NCBI RefSeq assembly: GCF_000172995.2
Contig: NC_014731.1
Coordinates: 270,001-302,000, forward strand
Source: Halogeometricum borinquense DSM 11551
GTDB lineage: Archaea; Halobacteriota; Halobacteria; Halobacteriales; Haloferacaceae
Length of the DNA: 32,000 bases
Reading direction: 5' to 3'
The notes beneath the pieces are model-generated. The model was not told where the DNA came from. It made no database searches and saw only the letters and a program-made list of their open reading frames with translations. Shown here one piece after another: positions 26,051 through 32,000 of the stretch. A program made the position numbers and the translations under genes. Position 1 is the first letter of the stretch, and every line of letters starts with the position of its first letter.

Positions 26051-26674
26051 TCAGCCGTTGGCGAACTGACCGATCTGGGTGTCTGATTCACCGATAGTCG
26101 TCTCCGCAACGGTACGTCGTACTGTCGTCATGCTACATTTTCCGGGTGCATACCGGCCAAGATCCGCGACCGAACCGGCGTCGTCGATATCGGCGAGGAT
26201 GGTCGCCATCGGGAAGTCGTGTGTGACCACGAGCACTTGCTCGTCTGCGTTCGAACGCTCGCAGAGTCGCTCCCATCGATCAAGTACGCGCGCACGTCCG
26301 TCTGCAAGTGGCTCCCCACCGCGCGGGAGTGGCTGTAGTACATCTACGTCAGTGTCAAGGTCGTCTGTCATGCCATCACCGAGTTCGTCGTATGCGAGGC
26401 CTTGGAACACGCCCGCATCGCGGGGACGCCACGCGGCTTCGAATTGCGGACGCGGTCCGAGGCCGGTCAGACGAACGAGTGCGGCCGTTTCCCGGGCAGC
26501 CATTGTATCTGCGGCGTACATCCGGTCGAAGTCGTACTGTGACGCCAATCGTCGGCCGATGGCCGTCACCGAATCGTATCCCGTCTCTGTCAGCGGAACT
26601 GGTACGTGTCCGTGGAGTCGGTTCTGGCGGTCCCACTCGGTCTGTCCGTGCCGTAGCAAAACGATGTCTGTCAT
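26051..26674 (-). CDS. Histidine phosphatase superfamily protein (phosphoglycerate-mutase-like)
   Basis: The RHG motif sits at the N-terminus when translation starts at ATG 26674 (MTDIVLLRHGQTEWDRQNRLHGH). A second catalytic His region is VLVVTHDFP. The ORF track extends to 26782, but that extension overlaps comA and lacks any motif. Confidence 0.85.
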   Translation of the reverse strand: MTDIVLLRHGQTEWDRQNRLHGHVPVPLTETGYDSVTAIGRRLASQYDFDRMYAADTMAARETAALVRLTGLGPRPQFEAAWRPRDAGVFQGLAYDELGDGMTDDLDTDVDVLQPLPRGGEPLADGRARVLDRWERLCERSNADEQVLVVTHDFPMATILADIDDAGSVADLGRYAPGKCSMTTVRRTVAETTIGESDTQIGQFANG

Positions 26675-26745
26675 ATCTGGTGCTGTAAATCGCTGTCTCG
26701 CTCGTGAGCGGTCTCTCACGAGGCTCTCACGACAGTACTCGGGTG

Positions 26746-27573
26746 TTATTCTGACCGTGTGAAGGTCGTCGTTCGCCCCCAACTCGTCGCTTTACCCCAC
26801 AATCCCGAGCGCATGCATTCGAGTTCGACGATCTGAGAGTTATCGACGAAGAGGTTCACGTTCGGCCCGAAGTTTTTGATGTACCACTCGAACATCTCCG
26901 GACCAGGTGCCTCGAACACGAGGTTCTCCATTCCCAGTTCGTTGGCGAGTTCGTAGACGACATCCGTACGCCACTCGTGGACTTCTTCGGTGATTCCCTC
27001 TGCTTCGACCATCAGAAGATCAGCACCGGCTTCGAGATGACGTTGCCCTTCTCGGATCGCCATCGACGGGTCCTGTTGACCTTCTCGTTCTAACTCGTCT
27101 GGGTCGGATGCACCGCCCGCGCCGAACTGGACGTTGATCTCGGGTTTCGGTTTGAGATTATAGTCGGCAACTAGTTCGGTCAGCGAGACCAGATCGTCAG
27201 TGTCGATAGCCAGAAAGCCACTCGAGATTTCGACGATATCGAATCCAAGCTTCTCGGCTTCGGCGACGTACGCTTCGACTTTGTCGTTATCCCGCACGAG
27301 GACGTTTTCGATGAAGCCTCCTGTCGAAACATCCACGTCGTATTCGTGGCAGATGTCGATTAGCTCGGTGACGGTGGACTGATCCATCAGCGCAAACGAT
27401 CCACCGCTGAATTTGTAGATATCGACGTACCGTCCCATCGTCTCTAGAATATCGCGCAACTCTCGCGGTCCCATGGGGTCGTAGTACGGACCTCGAATCT
27501 CGGTGATTCCCTTTGTTCGTGGTTTCGGCGGCCGGTCGTTGACGTGGAGGAAGTCGAACGCTCTCTCTGACAT
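26746..27573 (-). CDS. comA: (2R)-phospho-3-sulfolactate synthase family protein (ComA)
   Basis: 275 aa, ATG at 27573. The N-terminus FLHVNDRPPKPRTKGITEIRGPYYDPMGPRELRDILETMGRYVDIYKFSGGSFAL and the later FDIVEISSGF follow the conserved ComA (PF02679) pattern (KPR..G.T...D.G.....l.d.L...g.yiD..K...Gt; f...EvSdG). Confidence 0.88.
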   Translation of the reverse strand: MSERAFDFLHVNDRPPKPRTKGITEIRGPYYDPMGPRELRDILETMGRYVDIYKFSGGSFALMDQSTVTELIDICHEYDVDVSTGGFIENVLVRDNDKVEAYVAEAEKLGFDIVEISSGFLAIDTDDLVSLTELVADYNLKPKPEINVQFGAGGASDPDELEREGQQDPSMAIREGQRHLEAGADLLMVEAEGITEEVHEWRTDVVYELANELGMENLVFEAPGPEMFEWYIKNFGPNVNLFVDNSQIVELECMRSGLWGKATSWGRTTTFTRSE

Positions 27574-27607
27574 GTGTATTCGGTGCTACAACCCGCACCT
27601 ATTTCAA

Positions 27608-27625
27608 TTTTAGGGCGACCTAAAA
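27608..27625. promoter_or_regulatory. 18-bp palindrome TTTTAGG-GCGA-CCTAAAA overlapping the comA core promoter
   Basis: Read directly. It lies 35-52 nt upstream of the comA ATG (27573) and abuts the AT-rich TAAAATTGAAATA stretch, which is in the right place for a TATA box. It is one of three copies of the same palindrome in this cluster. Confidence 0.55.
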
Positions 27626-27696
27626 ATTAGAACGGCCAAAGAGTCACCGCTAAAGCGACGATATGAACTGTCAGACCGCGATTGCAGTCTCCCGAC

Positions 27697-29049
27697 TTAG
27701 TTCAGGAGTTCGACCAGTTCGGTGATTTCGTGTTCTTCGAGGTGCTTTACGGTATGGACGATTTCGTCACGACGCTGTTGGTCGTACCGGCCGCTGGTCA
27801 TCGTCTCGAACTTTTCTTCGACTTGTTCCCAATCCATCGGATTGTTCGGGTGGCCTTGGAAGTCGTCCTTTTGAACCTCGTGGGTTGTACCGTCGTCGAG
27901 CGTCACCGTAATGTTCGCGGGCATCTCGCCCGACTCGAAACGCTCGGTTAGTTTCGGGTCTTCCTCGACTGTGACCGTCCTGAGCAGTGATTGAACGTCG
28001 TCGCGCTGGATTCGTTCCGGATCGTAGGCGTCGTTCGTCATCTCGCGGTCGATCAACGCTGCCGCAAGCATGTACGGTAACGAGTGGTCCGCCTGTGCTT
28101 TCGTCTCGACCTCATAGCGTGATCCCTCTCCGCCGCCGATGATCAGTTTCGCTCCGTGGAACGTGTCAAGGTGAATCTCTTCGACCTGTTCGGCCTCGAT
28201 TTTCTCTCTCTCTGCGAGTTCGATGAGACCCTCGACGGCTGACTGGGCGTACGTTTCGGCGACGTAGCGTTTCGTCATCGTATCGAACACGCGCTCGCAG
28301 TTCGGATCGAGTTCGACGTCGAAGTCACCGCTGATGATCTGTTTCCAGCCTTTTTGTCCCTCGAAGAGGTTCTTCGGACCCTCCATCCCGTTGGCGGCTA
28401 ACAGACAGGAGTATACCGCATTGCGTGCGGCGTTGGCGCTGGCGATTCCTTTCCACTCGTTGATTCCGCCAGTTCGAGTTACTCGAAGCGCGTTATGTGC
28501 GGTTCCAGCGATGCCGACGGCGTTACGCAGTTGCTCGTGGTTGAGTCCGAGAATCGAACCGGCGCCTGCGGCGGCCGAGAGCACAGTGTGCGTGACGTGA
28601 TCCCAACCTTTGTCCCGAACCGGCGCATTCCAGGCGAGTTCGCCCTGCAACTCGTAAGCGACGCCGACGGCTTCTATGAGATCCTTCCCCGACGCACCGG
28701 TCTGCTCACCACAGGCGATGATACTGCCGATATTGTCGCTCGGATGGGGTGTCTCTCCCGGTGCGAGAAACGAATCCATATAATCCAGATATCGGGTTAA
28801 TGCCGTGTTGTGCATGGCGGCCTGCGGTGCCGACGCGCTTGCATCCCGACCCCAGAGCGTGCAGGAACCGCTTTCGTCTACCCCGGAAACCGTCTCAAAA
28901 ACGACTTCGACGGGTTCCGCCCCGAGTGCGCCAATGCCAATTCCCACGGAGTCGAGAACGCGCTTTTTGAGTTCCTCGACTACCTTTTCGTCAAAATTGT
29001 CGTAGTTGGCTGCCTCAACAAACTCTGCAATCGACTGTGTCGTTGCCAT
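27697..29049 (-). CDS. MmgE/PrpD-family protein (2-methylcitrate dehydratase-like fold; substrate unknown)
   Basis: 450 aa, ATG at 29049. The N-terminus AEFVEAANYDNFDEKVVEELKKRVLDSVGIGIGAL, the central HPSDNIGSIIACGE, and the overall length and composition are characteristic of MmgE/PrpD proteins. Confidence 0.88.
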   Translation of the reverse strand: MATTQSIAEFVEAANYDNFDEKVVEELKKRVLDSVGIGIGALGAEPVEVVFETVSGVDESGSCTLWGRDASASAPQAAMHNTALTRYLDYMDSFLAPGETPHPSDNIGSIIACGEQTGASGKDLIEAVGVAYELQGELAWNAPVRDKGWDHVTHTVLSAAAGAGSILGLNHEQLRNAVGIAGTAHNALRVTRTGGINEWKGIASANAARNAVYSCLLAANGMEGPKNLFEGQKGWKQIISGDFDVELDPNCERVFDTMTKRYVAETYAQSAVEGLIELAEREKIEAEQVEEIHLDTFHGAKLIIGGGEGSRYEVETKAQADHSLPYMLAAALIDREMTNDAYDPERIQRDDVQSLLRTVTVEEDPKLTERFESGEMPANITVTLDDGTTHEVQKDDFQGHPNNPMDWEQVEEKFETMTSGRYDQQRRDEIVHTVKHLEEHEITELVELLN

Positions 29050-29052
29050 ATG

Positions 29053-29070
29053 TTTTAGGCTCGCCTAAAA
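29053..29070. promoter_or_regulatory. 18-bp palindrome TTTTAGG-CTCG-CCTAAAA between the TATA-like element and the start codon of the PrpD-family gene
   Basis: Read directly. It starts 4 nt upstream of the ATG (29049). On the coding strand, TTTTTAGC (29071-29078) sits at about -29 to -22, which fits a leaderless transcript with the palindrome covering the initiation region. Confidence 0.55.
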
Positions 29071-29263
29071 GCTAAAAATCTTTCTGGCTCAGTAAAGGCC
29101 AACGTCGGAATATCGATAGAAACCATGGATGGCTTCGTTGGCGGCGGAGTCTATCAGTCTCCCGTGTAACAACGCTCGTGAATCACCTCCCATCTTAGTT
29201 GTGTAAATGTATCCTACGCAATAGTTATATTTGTCGGCCAGCTGAGGGTTAGGGAAGTCGTTA

Positions 29264-29281
29264 TTTTAGGCTGGCCTAAAA
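29264..29281. promoter_or_regulatory. 18-bp palindrome TTTTAGG-CTGG-CCTAAAA in the core promoter of the substrate-binding-protein gene
   Basis: Read directly. It ends 8 nt upstream of ATG 29289 (14 nt upstream of the second ATG at 29295). The left half-site occupies the position expected for a TATA box of a leaderless mRNA. Confidence 0.55.
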
Positions 29282-29288
29282 TAGTGCT

Positions 29289-30560
29289 ATGCGTATGCTG
29301 AGAGAAACTTCGACACGAAGAGACGTTCTCAAGGGCGGCAGTGCACTCATTGGGAGTGGATTCCTCGCCGGTTGCACCAGTAGTGGACAGTCTACACCTC
29401 CCTCCGATTCGACATCATCAGACTCCTCGAGGGGGACCTCAACCGATACTGCGACAACTGAGCAGTCCTATTCGGTGTCGCTTGATCCGGTCGGAACGAT
29501 CCCCTTCGAGCAACCACCCGAAACGGTCGTTAGCGGTTGGGGATTTGTCGGTGACGTGTTGATGGCGCTCGGGCAAGCCGACCGTATCGTCGGGATGTCC
29601 CGACCTGGTTTCTGGTTTCAAGGGTTCTACGAACTTCTTCCGGGCGTCTCAATGCGTGATACGACCGCGATCCCCAACACCGTCTCGAAGGGGTACAGTC
29701 TCAACGAGGAGTTGCTCTACGAACTCGACCCGGATCTGCTGGCAACGGATCCCAACCGATTCATCGCATGGTATGGGAGTGATACCGCGACCGTCGAGTC
29801 ACTCGTTGACGACATCGCGCCGTTCTTCGGCAACGAAAGCCGATCGAAACGTCCCTCTGGATGGCCGAACTGGCCGACTGGTGAGGACTACGACTACTAC
29901 GCTATCCCAGAGTTTGTCGAGCGATACGGACAGGTCTTTCAGGAGCAAAAGCGTGCCACGGCGATGGTAGACCTCTACGAAACCACTCTTGACGATATCA
30001 CATCACGTCTCCCACCGCTGGACGAGCGCCCGACCGTTGGTGTACTGAGTGCGTTCACGAATCCGGAGAACAGCGGTCACTTCGGCGTCTCCAACCCGAT
30101 TCCCGCTCTCGATGCGACCCACGAACTCAAACACTACGGGGACTTGGGAGTTGTTGACGCGTTCGCGGAGCAGTACGGGGAGGAAAGAGGCCATTACGAT
30201 CTCACAGTCGGCTTCGAAGGGCTGCTTGCGGTTGACCCGGACGTTCTGATCTTCGATGAGGCGGTGAACGCACTCGGCGGACAGACCGTCTACGGAAACA
30301 CGAAAGCCTACGAGCGGACCCTCGAACTTCTCCGTACCGACGATATCGGCCAGCGACTCACCGCAGTCCAAAACGACCGGTTGTATCCCGGCGGAACGGG
30401 ATCACAGGGGCCGATTATTAATCTCTTCCAGACCGAAATGCTCGCAAAACAGCTGTATCCAGCGGAGTTCGGTCCGTGGCGCGGACTCGGTGAGACGCCT
30501 ACGGACGAGCAACTGTTCGACCGTCAACGGGTTGCAGACATCATCAACGGGGATCTCTGA
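29289..30560 (+). CDS. ABC-transporter substrate-binding lipoprotein (Tat signal plus lipobox; FecB/BtuF-like periplasmic-binding-protein class)
   Basis: MRMLRETSTRRDVLKGGSALIGSGFLAGCTSS contains a twin-arginine motif and an LAGC lipobox, followed by a Ser/Thr-rich linker. The body (LDPDLL..., VDPDVLIFDE, LTAVQNDRLY) resembles cluster-A siderophore/cobalamin-type binding proteins. No permease or ATPase gene is adjacent. The start may be 29295. Confidence 0.82.
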   Translation: MRMLRETSTRRDVLKGGSALIGSGFLAGCTSSGQSTPPSDSTSSDSSRGTSTDTATTEQSYSVSLDPVGTIPFEQPPETVVSGWGFVGDVLMALGQADRIVGMSRPGFWFQGFYELLPGVSMRDTTAIPNTVSKGYSLNEELLYELDPDLLATDPNRFIAWYGSDTATVESLVDDIAPFFGNESRSKRPSGWPNWPTGEDYDYYAIPEFVERYGQVFQEQKRATAMVDLYETTLDDITSRLPPLDERPTVGVLSAFTNPENSGHFGVSNPIPALDATHELKHYGDLGVVDAFAEQYGEERGHYDLTVGFEGLLAVDPDVLIFDEAVNALGGQTVYGNTKAYERTLELLRTDDIGQRLTAVQNDRLYPGGTGSQGPIINLFQTEMLAKQLYPAEFGPWRGLGETPTDEQLFDRQRVADIINGDL

Positions 30561-30579
30561 TCTCGTTCGCACTAACGAA

Positions 30580-31137
30580 TTACTCGAAGCGGTTCGATAT
30601 CGTCTCTTCGTCGGGCGTCCAGCCGATGAACTCGCCACCCTCGAACGGGAGATCGATGGAGGCGATATAGTTGCACAGTCCGACGTAGAAGTCCACGAGG
30701 AGGCCGAGCGCAACAATCTCGGGCGGTGAGTACTGCCGAGTGAGTGCCTCGTGTATCTGGTCGGTGACTGTTCCGGATTCGACGGCCCGAGCGTACTGGA
30801 GCAGGACGTACTCGGTGTCGTCGAACACTGAGAGGTCACCGCCACCGATCGCTTGCATTTCCTCGACTGTAACGCCCTTGTCGCGGGCGATATCGACGTG
30901 TTGGTGCCACTCGTAGCGAGCGCCGCGAGCCCTTGCGACGGTGAGGATCACCAGTTCTTTGCGTCTCTCTCCGAGTTGATCGTACAGCGTGTTCAAATAC
31001 TCCAGCGTCGCTTCGAGAACTTCGGGGTTGTGCGCCCATGCACGGAAGATGTGGCGGTCGCCCAGATAGTCGTCGCTGAACAGGTAGTGGTACTCCTCCG
31101 GGATTTCGTCTAACTCAAGTAGCGGAAGTCGTGACAT
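30580..31137 (-). CDS. Carboxymuconolactone decarboxylase (CMD/AhpD-like) family protein
   Basis: 185 aa, ATG at 31137. RKELVILTVARARGARYEWHQHVDIARDKGVTVEEMQAI matches the CMD-family core (re...l.va...g..yew..H...a...Glt.eei.ai). Confidence 0.82.
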   Translation of the reverse strand: MSRLPLLELDEIPEEYHYLFSDDYLGDRHIFRAWAHNPEVLEATLEYLNTLYDQLGERRKELVILTVARARGARYEWHQHVDIARDKGVTVEEMQAIGGGDLSVFDDTEYVLLQYARAVESGTVTDQIHEALTRQYSPPEIVALGLLVDFYVGLCNYIASIDLPFEGGEFIGWTPDEETISNRFE

Positions 31138-31547
31138 GTCTCTTGGGTTCTCAGTTTACAGCCGATTTCAGCCGTGGGACGGAAACTCGCCATCACAGGG
31201 ACTGTTATCTATCGTTGCGGTGGTACCGCACTCGATGATCATGTCAAATTGTATCATGAACTAGGTTAACAGATGTGAGATGCGTAGTAAACTGCATCGC
31301 GAGCGTTAAACAGTAATGCACACTTGCACAGTCCATTTCTCTTGCTGAGTCCGATGATTTCTCTAATACCGGCTCGAATGATCCGCAAACTAGCCATCCC
31401 CGGAAATGTGCACAACCTCGGAGGATGATTCTGATGCGTGGCTTATTTGCAGTATCGGTAAGGAAGAATCATCTACTCAGTAGCGCCTGCGAATTGATTG
31501 TCGTGTGATTCGTTAAAGATTACACTTGGAAGAACAATACGGTTGAC

Positions 31548-31760
31548 ATGGTCATTTCAACGAAGTCGGTGTGGGACGAAGTTGCGGAGGAACTTTCGGA
31601 CGGAACGGTGATTGAGTACGAGAATGCAACGGTATACGGCGATTTCGAACAAGAACAGATTCTCCACGAAGGTAATCTCAGAATTCTTCCGAACAGTTGG
31701 GTTGCTTTACCAACTGGGCGTCTCCTTTCTCCTGAAGCAGTGCATCATATCGACCCATAA
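31548..31760 (+). CDS. Small acidic hypothetical protein (70 aa)
   Basis: ATG start. The acidic composition is typical of haloarchaeal cytoplasmic proteins (MVISTKSVWDEVAEELSDGTVIEYENATVYGDFEQEQ...). I recognise no motif, and GC content is lower than average. Confidence 0.4.
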   Translation: MVISTKSVWDEVAEELSDGTVIEYENATVYGDFEQEQILHEGNLRILPNSWVALPTGRLLSPEAVHHIDP

Positions 31761-31861
31761 AGATAGTATACCAACCGATTCGTAGCTCACCTGTATTGAG
31801 CGACGACCCTCTATAGATCAATGGTAGTAGCCTTATCTGTGAAGAACGCGGGCATCTAATA

Positions 31862-32000
31862 ATGGCCGACGGGAGTAAGCCCAGTAGTAGTGAACGACTC
31901 GCCGAGGTATTAGGTGAGATAGATGTGGACGAGTTAGAGGAGGCTATCAAAGCCGGGATGGAAACCGTCAAGAAAGCGGACGGTTTCCACGAATCTGTTG
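31862..32000 (+). CDS. 5' end of a hypothetical acidic protein (truncated by the window edge)
   Basis: The ATG at 31862 opens a frame that runs to the end of the window: MADGSKPSSSERLAEVLGEIDVDELEEAIKAGMETVKKADGFHESV. It is not in the ORF track because fewer than 60 codons are visible. The opposite-strand ORF 31678..31971 has an implausible composition. Confidence 0.4.
   Translation, partial: MADGSKPSSSERLAEVLGEIDVDELEEAIKAGMETVKKADGFHESV

Noticed and set aside
26079-26762. A 227-aa plus-strand ORF antisense to the phosphatase gene
   Set aside because: It is a shadow ORF with a Ser/Arg-rich product and no motif.
26675-26782. A 36-codon extension of the histidine phosphatase ORF overlapping the 3' end of comA
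   Set aside because: The RHG catalytic motif normally sits within about 10 residues of the N-terminus. The ATG at 26674 provides exactly that and removes the overlap with comA.
31678-31971. A 97-aa minus-strand ORF at the window end
   Set aside because: Its product is Ser/Leu/Ile-rich and non-acidic. It overlaps two plus-strand ORFs with more typical haloarchaeal composition.
1-32000. Search for CRISPR arrays, tRNA or rRNA genes, intact IS elements with terminal inverted repeats, and integrase or defence-type genes
   Set aside because: I saw no regularly spaced direct repeats, no cloverleaf-compatible GC-rich 70-90-nt segments, no transposase-length ORFs, and no nuclease or ATPase defence signatures on either strand.

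Overview
The window looks like an accessory region, probably a megaplasmid, of a haloarchaeon (class Halobacteria). The evidence is strongly acidic predicted proteins, many twin-arginine (Tat) signal peptides, a Bat-type HTH_10 regulator, an archaeal TIGR03663-like glycosyltransferase, and GC-rich coding DNA broken by short AT-rich intergenic islands. I found no rRNA, tRNA, CRISPR array or intact mobile element.

Gene content from left to right:
(1) The 3' end of an IclR regulator.
(2) A divergent module of two membrane-tethered winged-helix regulators, each next to a secreted protein. Tandem AAACGCGTTT palindromes sit in the shared promoter region.
(3) A lipid/alcohol catabolic block: a 3-hydroxyacyl-CoA dehydrogenase/enoyl-CoA hydratase fusion, a stand-alone SCP2 protein, a Zn alcohol dehydrogenase, an aldehyde dehydrogenase, an MFS transporter, and a type-III (metallo-beta-lactamase fold) alkyl-sulfatase-like protein that lacks the usual C-terminal SCP2 domain.
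(4) An HTH_10 regulator, then a GtrA and PMT/ArnT-like glycosyltransferase pair.
(5) About 1.1 kb of AT-rich, gene-poor DNA.
(6) Four tandem Tat-secreted GH18 chitinases. All share a Tat signal, CBM5/12 and PKD front end, but they carry two different catalytic domain types.
(7) A second IclR regulator.
(8) A cluster of an MmgE/PrpD-family protein, phosphosulfolactate synthase (ComA), a histidine phosphatase, and a divergent orphan Tat-lipoprotein substrate-binding protein. All three of its promoters carry the same 18-bp palindrome, TTTTAGG-N4-CCTAAAA.
(9) A CMD/AhpD-like protein and two small acidic ORFs.

The candidates I consider most worth following up are the comA-centred palindrome regulon (a possible sulfolactate/sulfonate module without canonical ComB), the membrane-tethered wHTH plus secreted-protein module, and the modular chitinase array. 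All functional calls rest on reading motifs in the translated ORFs; no database search was possible.
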